Notes under the pieces: model-generated
What the model was told of the DNA's origin: nothing
The model's input: only the letters and a program-made list of their open reading frames with translations
The model's database searches: none
In this document: positions 7,791-15,993 of the stretch, one piece after another
Position numbering within the stretch: the first letter of the stretch is position 1
How the letters are laid out: each line of letters starts with the position of its first letter
Source: Holosporales bacterium
GTDB lineage: Bacteria; Pseudomonadota; Alphaproteobacteria; Caedimonadales; Caedimonadaceae
Direction: 5' to 3'
DNA: 24,000 nucleotides
NCBI GenBank assembly: GCA_046318415.1
Contig: JBKCUK010000009.1
Coordinates: 71,464-95,463 of the forward strand
Made by a program: the position numbers and the translations under genes

Positions 7791-8714
7791 TTACTTTAGC
7801 GCCCGGTATTCATCCTTGTGCCAACGCCGGTGTTGCCAAAACCAATCCTCGGGCCTGGCCCGAATCCATTCTTCAAATAGGGCATTCATTTGGATGAGTA
7901 AGTCTTGGGTTTGTGCATTGAGGTCCCCTTCGATCCTTGGTTGCAGGGGCGGATAATAGGTGACGCGAAAGCGCGGCGTGCCATCCAAACGCTCGACCCG
8001 CACGGGCACAAAGGGGCAGTCATACTTGATGGCAAGGCGGGCACCGGCAGATGCTGTTTTTGCAGGATAACCGAAGAAGGGAATCAGATCGCCTTCGCGC
8101 AATTTTTGATCATTGAGCATCGCCACATGACCGCCCTGGCGCAGCACCTGCAACATTCTTTTGGCGCCATCGGGACCTTTGGTGATGACCTCGTGGGTGA
8201 CCCTGCGGTGCACAACTTGAATCATGCGATCGACCAGGGGATTATTTAGCTTGCGATAAAGCTGGGTGATCTTCAATCCTCCCCGAAGCGCCACAAAGGT
8301 GGCCAGCTCCCAGTTGGCCAAGTGGGCCGTCACTAAGACCGCAGGCTTGCCATCGTGGATCAAGGCATCCACCACATCATATCCTTGAACCTCAATGGGA
8401 CTGTCGGGACCTTGCAGGGGAATGCGACTGAGGCGCATATACTCGGCGATGGTCCGGCCTAAACTCTCCCACGAGGCTGCCAAAATCTCTTGATGACGCG
8501 CAGATGTCAAATGGGGTAAGGCGCGACGAATATTGAACTCGGCCACCCGATGGGTGGGCAGCAAAGGGCCCACAAATCTGGCCAATTTACCCATCCACCT
8601 TGAGGCAACCTGAAAGGGTGGTATATGCAAAAGGCCAATAAGAATGCCCGCCAAAAGAGCAACCGGCAGATCCAAAAAGGTACGTTTAATATAAAATTTA
8701 GCTTTTCGAGCCAT
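7791..8714 (-). CDS. lpxL: Lipid A biosynthesis late (lauroyl/myristoyl-type) acyltransferase, LpxL/HtrB family
   Basis: The 307-aa product has an N-terminal TM segment and an H-x4-E acyltransferase motif (TAHLANWELA). Its family-typical length and its position directly after lpxK support the call. The ATG at 8712-8714 overlaps the lpxK 3' end by 17 nt. Confidence 0.8.
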   Translation of the reverse strand: MARKAKFYIKRTFLDLPVALLAGILIGLLHIPPFQVASRWMGKLARFVGPLLPTHRVAEFNIRRALPHLTSARHQEILAASWESLGRTIAEYMRLSRIPLQGPDSPIEVQGYDVVDALIHDGKPAVLVTAHLANWELATFVALRGGLKITQLYRKLNNPLVDRMIQVVHRRVTHEVITKGPDGAKRMLQVLRQGGHVAMLNDQKLREGDLIPFFGYPAKTASAGARLAIKYDCPFVPVRVERLDGTPRFRVTYYPPLQPRIEGDLNAQTQDLLIQMNALFEEWIRARPEDWFWQHRRWHKDEYRALK

Positions 8715-9675
8715 TTTTAAGCTTTTCTAACACAAAGTCACATATTCCTTGGGGGTCTTCAAATTGAAGGGTGATCTCAAGTTGCATCACCTGGGGTTGC
8801 ATCTCTTTGGGCAGCCGCACCCAGTCCTTGGCCGTTGTCACCAATTGCGCGCCATGCCTATCGGCCACGTGACGCAAAGACGCCAGGTCCCCTTGTGAAT
8901 AGGCATGATGATCCGCAAAGGCCTTAAAATCACACACCTGCGCCCCCACATCCTGCAAGGTGCGCAAAAATTTCTCTGGATACGCAAGACCTGCAAATCC
9001 GACTACACGCCGTCCCGCCACATCTATCGTATTCTGGGGCCTTATAAAAGCCCGAAACACAGGGCAGGAAACTTGTGGTAATACGCCCTCTCCTTCCCCC
9101 ACAACAACAAGGGCGTGGGCGCGGGCAAGGCCTTCTTTTAAATCCTCCCGCAAGGGACCTGCAGGAAAGACCAACCCATTGCCCAAACCCCGCTGGGCAT
9201 CCACCACAACCAGACCACAGTCTGCCTCGACCCACGTTTGCTGATGACCATCATCCAAGATGACGGCTTGTGCCCCCGCCTGGTGCGCGCAAACACACCC
9301 AGCAAAGCGGTCACGGCTGACCCATGTCACGCCCTGCCTTGCCAACAACAAGGGCTCATCTCCAACATCATCACTGGTATGAGAGGACACCTCCACCTGC
9401 AGCGTACCCTTTGTTTTACGGCCATACCCCCTGCTGACAAAATGAACGGGCGATAGCTGATCGAATAAGAGGTGATGAAGCGCCAACGCAACAGGTGTCT
9501 TGCCTGCGCCACCTAGCGTAAGATTTCCAACACTCAGTACAGGCAAAGGCGCTTTTTGGGGCCGTGACCAACAGCGCTTGAGCTGGCCACCCCAGTGATA
9601 AAGACAGGCCAAAGGTTGCAACAAGGTTGCGCCTATACCGGGTGGTGATTGCCAAAATTGCGGTGCGCGCAGCAT
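8698..9675 (-). CDS. lpxK: Tetraacyldisaccharide 4'-kinase
   Basis: The 325-aa product has the P-loop VGNLTLGGAGKTP near the N-terminus and the downstream GDEP motif typical of LpxK. The ATG at 9673-9675 lies 1 nt after the waaA stop codon. Confidence 0.9.
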   Translation of the reverse strand: MLRAPQFWQSPPGIGATLLQPLACLYHWGGQLKRCWSRPQKAPLPVLSVGNLTLGGAGKTPVALALHHLLFDQLSPVHFVSRGYGRKTKGTLQVEVSSHTSDDVGDEPLLLARQGVTWVSRDRFAGCVCAHQAGAQAVILDDGHQQTWVEADCGLVVVDAQRGLGNGLVFPAGPLREDLKEGLARAHALVVVGEGEGVLPQVSCPVFRAFIRPQNTIDVAGRRVVGFAGLAYPEKFLRTLQDVGAQVCDFKAFADHHAYSQGDLASLRHVADRHGAQLVTTAKDWVRLPKEMQPQVMQLEITLQFEDPQGICDFVLEKLKNGSKS

Positions 9676-9676
9676 G

Positions 9677-10960
9677 TTAAGCTTTTGCCTTTTCCAGGTA
9701 GGGTGCTAAGGACGCCAGTACCCGATCCAGTATGTGTTGATGCCCCGCCACCACCTCCCCTGCCCGCTTTGCATAGGTTAGCCTCAGCGCTTCATCGCCC
9801 AACAGTTGCGCAAGATTCTCGATTAACTGCGCAGCATCGGCCACCTCGAGGGCAGCATTATGGTGTCGGAAAAGATCCCGTAAATCCCGGGTCTTGTGCA
9901 TGTGGGGACCATGGAGAATGGCGCAGTGCAACTGGGCAGGCTCGATGAGATTATGACCCCCAATGGGCACCAATGACCCACCTAAAAAGACGCAAGAACT
10001 GACGCTAAAAAACAACCCCATTTCCCCCAAGGTATCAACAATGTAGATATCCGTATCCTTGCGTATTGCTTCGCCTAAAGAGCGCAATTGAATGCGTAGA
10101 TTGTGGGCTGCAAGCTGCTCGACCAAAGCAGGAACCCGCAAAGGATGGCGTGGGGCGATCAGTGTCACCAAGCTTGGATAAAGGCGACGCAAGTGCAAGT
10201 GACATTCGGCAACCACGGCCTCTTCCCCTTCATGGGTACTGGCGGCCAACCACCGTGGGCGATCATTAAGCTGGGTCTTAAATGTTGAGAGAGCAACCTG
10301 ATCGTACGCCAAAGGGGGCGCCAAAAGCTTAAGATTCCCAAGGGGAACAACCTCTTCGGCACCCAAGGTACGCAACCGTTGGGCAGCCTCTTCAGATTGC
10401 GCCAAACATAGATCAAAGGAACTCAGCAAAGCCCGGGCCCAGGGCTTAAACAGGCGCCACCGCTTAAAAGAGCGATCGCTCATGCGGGCATTGATCAAGA
10501 TCAGCGGTATGCCGCGTTCAAAGGTCTCAAACACCATATTCGGCCATAATTCGGATTCGGCCCAAAGGGCAAGGTCGGGCTGCCAGTGGTTGAGAAAACG
10601 CTCAATCCAACTGGGCACATCCAACGGCGCAAACTGGTGAATGGCATTTTTGGGAAGTCTATTCTTTATCACCTCCGCTGCGGCACGCGTCCCCGTGGTT
10701 ACTAAGAACTGAAGACGCGGATACTCTTTGGACAACGCCGCCATGAGGGGCAGCAAAGAGAGGCTCTCGCCCACGCTTGCGCCGTGCAACCAGGCAACAA
10801 AACCATCGGGCCTCGGCTGCTCACTGATGCCTTTGCGCTCATGCAAACGCAAAGCATCCTCTTTACCCAACAGGGCCCTGCGCTCTAGGCTACGGCGTGC
10901 CCAGAGGGGACCGAAGGTTTGGCTCAGCAACCAATAGGGGGAAAATAAAGAGGCCCTCAT
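9677..10960 (-). CDS. waaA: 3-deoxy-D-manno-octulosonic acid (Kdo) transferase
   Basis: The 427-aa product carries HGASVGE near the N-terminus and a C-terminal GGSL…GGHNLIEPA glycosyltransferase motif. Its start ATG (10958-10960) overlaps the upstream lipoprotein stop as ATGA. Confidence 0.9.
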   Translation of the reverse strand: MRASLFSPYWLLSQTFGPLWARRSLERRALLGKEDALRLHERKGISEQPRPDGFVAWLHGASVGESLSLLPLMAALSKEYPRLQFLVTTGTRAAAEVIKNRLPKNAIHQFAPLDVPSWIERFLNHWQPDLALWAESELWPNMVFETFERGIPLILINARMSDRSFKRWRLFKPWARALLSSFDLCLAQSEEAAQRLRTLGAEEVVPLGNLKLLAPPLAYDQVALSTFKTQLNDRPRWLAASTHEGEEAVVAECHLHLRRLYPSLVTLIAPRHPLRVPALVEQLAAHNLRIQLRSLGEAIRKDTDIYIVDTLGEMGLFFSVSSCVFLGGSLVPIGGHNLIEPAQLHCAILHGPHMHKTRDLRDLFRHHNAALEVADAAQLIENLAQLLGDEALRLTYAKRAGEVVAGHQHILDRVLASLAPYLEKAKA

Positions 10961-11229
10961 AGCCCCTTTTCAGCGTCCTGAACCACGCTTGACTTGGGTT
11001 CTTCTTCTGTCGCGTCCTGATCTTTGGGCAGGCTTTTTTCCATTTCATAGGCCTTTTCTATCTCCTGCCCCTCATCCATGGACTCTTCATCGGGCGGGAA
11101 GTCATCGCGCCAACCCGTCTGCGGCCAGGCCTTGAGGGCGCAATCGTTTTCATCGGGCCGTGGGGTGCATCCCGCAAGGGCAGCCAACACGGTCACCAGC
11201 ACCAGACATGTCACATTCGTCGTTTTCAA
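10957..11229 (-). CDS. Small acidic lipoprotein of unknown function (90 aa)
   Basis: The signal peptide has a lipobox: MKTTNVTCLVLVTVLAALAG|C. The start is TTG at 11227-11229, preceded by a strong SD (AGGAGcaaaaaTTG). The 3' end is translationally coupled to waaA. The mature part is rich in D and E. Confidence 0.7.
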   Translation of the reverse strand: MKTTNVTCLVLVTVLAALAGCTPRPDENDCALKAWPQTGWRDDFPPDEESMDEGQEIEKAYEMEKSLPKDQDATEEEPKSSVVQDAEKGL

Positions 11230-11258
11230 TTTTTGCTCCTAGCCTTTTTGATCGGCCA

Positions 11259-11930
11259 TTACGGTTGATTATGCACCAGATTGTCGCACCGAAGCGAGAC
11301 CTCGGTCAAGGCATCATGGATCCGCTTTTTATGGCCTTCTAGGGTTTCATCCTGCTGAAATGCCACCGGTTGCCCCACCGCCAAGACCCCTTTGCCATAG
11401 GGTAAGGCAAGGATAAAACGATCCCAAGAATGGAGAATTTTTGCACGATTGGTGGCATAAGCCACTGGAATCACATCCACCTTACCAAGGCGGGCAAGGG
11501 CCACGGTGCCGTCACTCACCTGATAACGAGGCCCCCTTGGACCATCGGGCGTAATCCCAACCGTCTCGCCCTTTTGCAGCAAACGCACCATGGCGCGAAG
11601 GGCCTGGGTTCCGCCTTTCTTGGTTGATCCTGCAACGGTGTGAATACCATAGTGACCAACGGTTTTGGCGATTAACTGCCCATCACGATGGGCTGAAATC
11701 AGCATATGAAACGGCCGTGAGTTCTGCCAAATAAAGCACCCCAGCAAAAGTCTATTGTGCCAAAAAGCAACAATAAAGGGTTTGTTCTCGCGCCAGTAAG
11801 CCTCGAAAATTTCTCGCCCTAAAAAGGTCCACTGGCTGCTGCGATAAACCCAGCCGATATAACCAGCAGCAAGCCGTGCAAACATGTCAATAACGCGCGG
11901 ATGACGCAGAATTTTCTTAAACAGCGCCAT
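11259..11930 (-). CDS. DUF374-family lysophospholipid acyltransferase-like protein
   Basis: Motifs FWHNRLL, SAHRDGQLIA and ITPDGPRGPRY match my memory of DUF374, which commonly sits between msbA and waaA. I chose the ATG at 11930 (MALFKKILRHP…, with GGGGAAG upstream) over the track's 12023 start. The 12023 start would run 107 nt into msbA, whereas the 11930 start overlaps the msbA stop by 14 nt. Confidence 0.8.
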   Translation of the reverse strand: MALFKKILRHPRVIDMFARLAAGYIGWVYRSSQWTFLGREIFEAYWRENKPFIVAFWHNRLLLGCFIWQNSRPFHMLISAHRDGQLIAKTVGHYGIHTVAGSTKKGGTQALRAMVRLLQKGETVGITPDGPRGPRYQVSDGTVALARLGKVDVIPVAYATNRAKILHSWDRFILALPYGKGVLAVGQPVAFQQDETLEGHKKRIHDALTEVSLRCDNLVHNQP

Positions 11931-13725
11931 CTTCCCCACTCTGTGGCGCTGGGGCAGCCAATTGCCCGCGACACAACTCTGCGTAGCGGGGCGATGAAAC
12001 CAACAGCTCTTCATGACGACCAAGGGCTACGATGCGGCCTTTATCCATCACCACAATCAGATCGGCTTCCTTCACAGTAGCCAACCGATGGGCAATAATC
12101 AGGGTGGTACGTCCCCGCTCAAGGGCGCGTAACGCTTGCTGAACCTTATGCTCGGATTCTGAATCCAAAGCTGAGGTGGGCTCATCCAAAAGCAAAATAG
12201 GCGCATTTTTTAACATGGCCCGCGCGATGGACAACCGCTGGCGCTGCCCCCCTGAAAGGCGCACGCCATGCTCGCCCACCCGGGTATCATACCCTTCAGG
12301 AAAATCCATAATAAAGTCATGGGCGGCCGCAGCCTTTGCCGCCGCCATGATGGCGTCATCGCTTACCTCTTCGCCGGGTAAGCCCATGGCGATGTTGGTG
12401 CGTATGGTTTCATCAAAAAGAATGACTTCTTGCGAGACCAAGGCGATATTCTTTCGCAAAGAGGCCAAAGACACCTCGCGAATGTCTTGACCATCAATGC
12501 GAATCGCACCCGAACCAACATCATAAAAGCGCGGAATTAAGTTGATGAGAGTGGACTTGCCAGCCCCACTGGCGCCCACAAAGGCCACCATGGCATGACC
12601 TGGTATCTGCAGCGACAAATCCGCCAAGACTTCGCCACCGCCCTCATACGAAAAGCATACATGGTCAAGGATGATCTCTCCCTTTGACACCTGTAGGGCG
12701 CGTGGCTGTGAGGCTTCTGTGATCTTTGGCTGCAAATCAAGCAAGGCAAAGACGCGACTGGCTGCGCCTAGTTGTTCTTGCAGGTTGGCATTCAGGTTGG
12801 TGAGGCGCTTTAAGGGCTCGTAGGCCAGCAGGAGGGCCGCAATGAAGGAGAAAAATGCGCCAGGACTTTGCTCACCCGCAATGACCTGTTGGCCACCATA
12901 AAGAATGACGATGGCAATGGCGACGCCACCTAAAAATTCCATTAACGGATGTCCTGCGGCTTTGGTGCGCACCGCTTTGACCGAGCGTTCAAATAAGCGC
13001 TCGACCACATCGGCGACGGCCCTCGACTGCACCCCCTCCAGCGCATAGGATTTAATCAAGCGCACACCCTGAAAGGCTTGGGTAAGGATAGAACTTAGAC
13101 CAGCCGTATCACTTTGAATGGTTTTGGCAGCCTTGCGCAGACGCCGGCCAATGCGCGCCACAGGCAGGATTGCCACCGGCAAGATCACGAAGGCACACGT
13201 GGCCAGCAATGCATCCTGGTAAAACATCAGCGCCACAAACGCGATCAGGGTGAGACTATCCTTACAAATATTCGTCAGCGTCCCCGTCACGGCGTTATGA
13301 AGCTTCGTCACGTCGTTGGTAAAGCGGGAAACCAGATCCCCGGACGGGGTGCGGTGATAAAAGGCAAGATCTGCGTGCACGATGTGATCAAATAAGTCAC
13401 GCTGAATGTTGGCGATCATGCGCTGTCCCACAGCACTCATGATCACCGTTTCGCCATAGGTGGCCAAACCCTTGGTCAAAAACACAGCAAACACCCCAAA
13501 TGTTGCCGGCAGCAACATGGACGCATTTTTGCCGATGAAAATGTCATTGATAATGGGCTCGATCAACTTTGCCGGACCCACAGAAGCCGCAGCCGCAATC
13601 AACATCAACAACACGCCCAAAAGCAAACGCCCCATATGGTGACGGGCATAAATGGAGAGGCGCTGAATCAGGCGCCAACCTTCGCCCACCGTTGGCTTTG
13701 GCTTAGAAGTTTTCTGCAACCGCAC
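11917..13725 (-). CDS. msbA: Lipid A export ABC transporter (fused permease/ATPase)
   Basis: The 602-aa product has an N-terminal six-TM ABC exporter domain. It carries Walker A GASGAGKST, the signature LSGGQRQR and Walker B ILLLDEPTSALD. The start is GTG at 13723-13725 with AAGGA upstream, and it heads the lipid A/Kdo gene string. Confidence 0.88.
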   Translation of the reverse strand: MRLQKTSKPKPTVGEGWRLIQRLSIYARHHMGRLLLGVLLMLIAAAASVGPAKLIEPIINDIFIGKNASMLLPATFGVFAVFLTKGLATYGETVIMSAVGQRMIANIQRDLFDHIVHADLAFYHRTPSGDLVSRFTNDVTKLHNAVTGTLTNICKDSLTLIAFVALMFYQDALLATCAFVILPVAILPVARIGRRLRKAAKTIQSDTAGLSSILTQAFQGVRLIKSYALEGVQSRAVADVVERLFERSVKAVRTKAAGHPLMEFLGGVAIAIVILYGGQQVIAGEQSPGAFFSFIAALLLAYEPLKRLTNLNANLQEQLGAASRVFALLDLQPKITEASQPRALQVSKGEIILDHVCFSYEGGGEVLADLSLQIPGHAMVAFVGASGAGKSTLINLIPRFYDVGSGAIRIDGQDIREVSLASLRKNIALVSQEVILFDETIRTNIAMGLPGEEVSDDAIMAAAKAAAAHDFIMDFPEGYDTRVGEHGVRLSGGQRQRLSIARAMLKNAPILLLDEPTSALDSESEHKVQQALRALERGRTTLIIAHRLATVKEADLIVVMDKGRIVALGRHEELLVSSPRYAELCRGQLAAPAPQSGEDGAV

Positions 13726-13789
13726 TTTTCCTTATGGTTGATGTCTTCTACAGATACCTGATCTACGGGTTTTGCGGAAGTCTCTCATG

Positions 13790-14506
13790 CTAAACTGTTG
13801 ACCGCTCGAACACAAAATAGGTGCACGGACGCCCCGCTGCCATGGCTTTGGCCTCATAACGGGTAGGCGGCCAATCTTCGGGCCGCACCGCACTTCGCAT
13901 CACCAAACGGAACTCGGGCACCTGCTGGATTTGCTCAAGCGCCCAAACCAAATAGTCCGCATGGTCGGTGGCAAAGTACCAACGCCCACTTTTTTTCAAC
14001 ATCCGCAAAAAGTGGCGCAAAATCTCTGGCCGCAGCAAGCGTCGCTCGTGATGACGGGTTTTGGGCCACGGATCTGGAAAAAGGACATAGAGTTCATCCA
14101 GCACCTGATCGGCAATCTTCGGTAGTAAATTGCGCACGTCACCATGATGGATGCGCACATTCTTCATGCCACCTTCGTGCACATGGCGCACCAGCGATGC
14201 AACGCCATTGACAAACGCTTCGGCACCGATAAAACCCACCTCCGGCTTTTGCTGAGCGCGCGCCGCTAGATGTTCACCACCCCCAAAACCAATCTCCAGG
14301 GCATAACGCGGTGAAGACGGGAAAAGGGAAGGCAAATCAAGAACATCTGCATCATCAAGCGGAACCACAAGCTGGGGAAGGACCTCTGCCATCAGGCTTG
14401 CCCGATAACCCACGATCGGGCGCCCCTTGCGACGCCCATAAAAGCGTGTATCGGTCTTTTGAGTCGTGCCCTCTCCTTCGTGCACTGTCTTACCTTGCGC
14501 GCTCAT
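13790..14506 (-). CDS. trmB: tRNA (guanine-N7)-methyltransferase
   Basis: The 238-aa product carries EIGFGGGEHL (SAM-binding) and LFPDPWPKTRHHERRL, which are characteristic TrmB motifs. Confidence 0.9.
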   Translation of the reverse strand: MSAQGKTVHEGEGTTQKTDTRFYGRRKGRPIVGYRASLMAEVLPQLVVPLDDADVLDLPSLFPSSPRYALEIGFGGGEHLAARAQQKPEVGFIGAEAFVNGVASLVRHVHEGGMKNVRIHHGDVRNLLPKIADQVLDELYVLFPDPWPKTRHHERRLLRPEILRHFLRMLKKSGRWYFATDHADYLVWALEQIQQVPEFRLVMRSAVRPEDWPPTRYEAKAMAAGRPCTYFVFERSTV

Positions 14507-14704
14507 GATTTGCTTGCCATTGGAAATTCACACCATGGGCTGATGCTTTATCGCAAAAGTGGACAAAAAACAAGAAGTGAGCATGGGACTTGAATTTGAG
14601 GATATCCCCTTGGATGGACGTGCGCCTTGCCGTGATGGGCAGAGCAAACCGAACATACGGCGCAGTTTAGATTTCTCTTCAAGGCTAGGTGTGGCCCAAA
14701 AACA

Positions 14705-14764
14705 CAAAACCCCGCGGCGATATTCACGGCTATGTAAGGCACAAACGCAAAACCCCGCGGCGAT
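14705..14764. repeat. Perfect 17-bp direct repeat caaaaccccgcggcgat (14705-14721 and 14748-14764), each followed a few nt later by cggct
   Basis: Read directly from the sequence. The copies are 43 bp apart in the trmB-phasin intergenic region, and the second copy forms the 5' arm (plus-strand sense) of the terminator hairpin listed next. Confidence 0.85.
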
Positions 14765-14781
14765 GTCGGCTCGCAGGGTTT
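14745..14781 (-). terminator. Putative intrinsic terminator of the phasin gene
   Basis: The minus strand reads AAACCCUGCG-agccgacaucgc-CGCGGGGUUU followed by Ugcguuug. This is a 10-bp stem including one G.U pair, a 12-nt loop and a U-rich tail, about 76 nt after the phasin stop codon. Confidence 0.5.
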
Positions 14782-14856
14782 AAACACCACAATTAACCTC
14801 TCGAGAACCCCGTGTCTTTTAGCAAAGAATGAATCTTCGCCAAAGAGCAGAGATTT

Positions 14857-15285
14857 TTAGTGTTTGGTGGCTTTTTTTGCCATGTTTTTGGCTGTTTCCA
14901 TGCCTTCTTTCACATGTTCTTGCACATGACGTGCCAGCTCTTTTTGGGAAGAAACAATAACTTCACCCAATTCTTTGGCATGGCTCATGCCCCGTTCCAT
15001 GGCTTTTTTCATGCAATTGTTGTGGAGCTCCATGCCTTCCTCAAAGGATTTGCAGCTCATCATACCCCGCACGTGAGAGCCAGCCTCTTCCATCATTTCC
15101 CGCGCAAACTGCGCCTGCATGGTACCGATGGTCTTCAGGGCACTCATGGCTGCGCTTTGGGCGCTTTGGAAAGCCTCGATATTGCGCTTGTTTGCGGCCA
15201 TAACAGATTCCATATCCAGCTTTGGCATGGCATCGCGAAATGCATTGAATGGATGTTCGGATTTATTTTGAGATTGACCGGCCAT
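14857..15285 (-). CDS. Phasin-family (PHA granule-associated) protein, 142 aa, Met-rich
   Basis: The segment DMESVMAANKRNIEAFQSAQSAAMSALKTIGTMQAQFAREMMEE fits my memory of the phasin family pattern (…qkaNleal…). The ATG at 15283-15285 has a GGGGG SD 7 nt upstream. The gene has its own promoter-like and terminator-like signals. The longer antisense ORF 14860..15336 is rejected. Confidence 0.6.
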   Translation of the reverse strand: MAGQSQNKSEHPFNAFRDAMPKLDMESVMAANKRNIEAFQSAQSAAMSALKTIGTMQAQFAREMMEEAGSHVRGMMSCKSFEEGMELHNNCMKKAMERGMSHAKELGEVIVSSQKELARHVQEHVKEGMETAKNMAKKATKH

Positions 15286-15339
15286 AAGCTTACCCCCTTT
15301 GTACGATTTATTTGCCGCAGTCTTTCCTGCTTTTAATCA

Positions 15340-15368
15340 ATTATGACTCTGTTCGCCACACAGGTCAA
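15340..15368 (-). promoter_or_regulatory. Sigma-70-like promoter for the phasin gene (TTGACC-N17-CATAAT)
   Basis: The minus strand reads gaTTGACCtgtgtggcgaacagagtCATAATtgatt. The -35 is at 15363-15368 and the -10 at 15340-15345, about 55 nt upstream of the phasin ATG. Confidence 0.45.
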
Positions 15369-15435
15369 TCCCCATCTCTTTTTCTTAGACCAAAGCACCA
15401 AAGAACAGGCCGGACAGCCCCACTTGCGCATGGAA

Positions 15436-15993
15436 TTACTGCAAGATAGGTGCGCCAAATTTAAGGGCGCGATCAAGGGCCGCCATGGTTTTGGCCTGAT
15501 CTTCCGTCTCATCTTCGAGCCAGACAACGGTGGCATAAAGCAAAACAAGGCCAAGGGCTTGTTGCTGTACAAGACCATAGGGTCCTGTCGGGGTTAGGCC
15601 CGCTGCCTCTAGAGAAAGACCACTTGCGGTGTGCCCCACACAAAACAGCTGCGCAAAAAGGCCAGGTGAGCACCACAAGTCTTGCGCGAGACGCTTGACC
15701 GCATCTCGATAAGGATGCAGGGCATCAAAACGCGCCATCAATACTTCAAAAAGACGATCCTGAACGCTTTGCCCCTTTTCGGATTCCGGCAAACTTTGGG
15801 TACTGAGTTCATCAATGTACGCTCCACAGCGCGCTAGAGCTTGCTCGGGCGATTGCGCCCACAGCAACACCTCATCCAATGTCACGCCCAGGCGACCAGC
15901 AAGCGCCGTCAGGGTAAAACCGGACCATCCATCGCGACCGATCAACAGCAGGGTTGCCTCTGCAAATTTTCGCTCATTGCTGGGGTATGTCAT
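15436..15993 (-). CDS. COQ9-family / TetR-fold protein (185 aa)
   Basis: The N-terminus (ATLLLIGRDGWSGFTLTALAGRLGVTL) resembles the degenerate HTH of COQ9. The C-terminus (LLYATVVWLEDETEDQAKTMAALDRAL) fits the COQ9 'W..D.S.D...T..FLD.R' pattern. The ATG at 15993 overlaps the proC stop as ATGA. A genuine TetR regulator cannot be excluded. Confidence 0.55.
   Translation of the reverse strand: MTYPSNERKFAEATLLLIGRDGWSGFTLTALAGRLGVTLDEVLLWAQSPEQALARCGAYIDELSTQSLPESEKGQSVQDRLFEVLMARFDALHPYRDAVKRLAQDLWCSPGLFAQLFCVGHTASGLSLEAAGLTPTGPYGLVQQQALGLVLLYATVVWLEDETEDQAKTMAALDRALKFGAPILQ

Noticed and set aside
8717-9686. The same 10-mer ttaagctttt at both the lpxL/lpxK (8717-8726) and lpxK/waaA (9677-9686) junctions
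   Set aside because: In each case it is explained by C-terminal coding sequence (…K-A-* and …E-K-L-K…). A single 10-mer recurrence across 24 kb is compatible with chance.
14860-15336. A 158-aa plus-strand ORF, longer than the phasin ORF it overlaps
   Set aside because: It is the exact antisense shadow of the phasin gene. Its product is Phe/His/Cys-rich low-complexity sequence (MFGGFFCHVFGCFHAFFHMF…). It has no SD, whereas the minus-strand ORF has an SD, promoter-like and terminator-like signals and a recognisable family pattern.
15436-15993. Interpretation of the 185-aa protein as a classical TetR transcriptional repressor
   Set aside because: The N-terminal helix-turn-helix region lacks the usual basic DNA-contact residues as far as I can judge. 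The C-terminal W..D…T…LDR pattern fits COQ9-like proteins better. I keep this as an alternative, not fully excluded.
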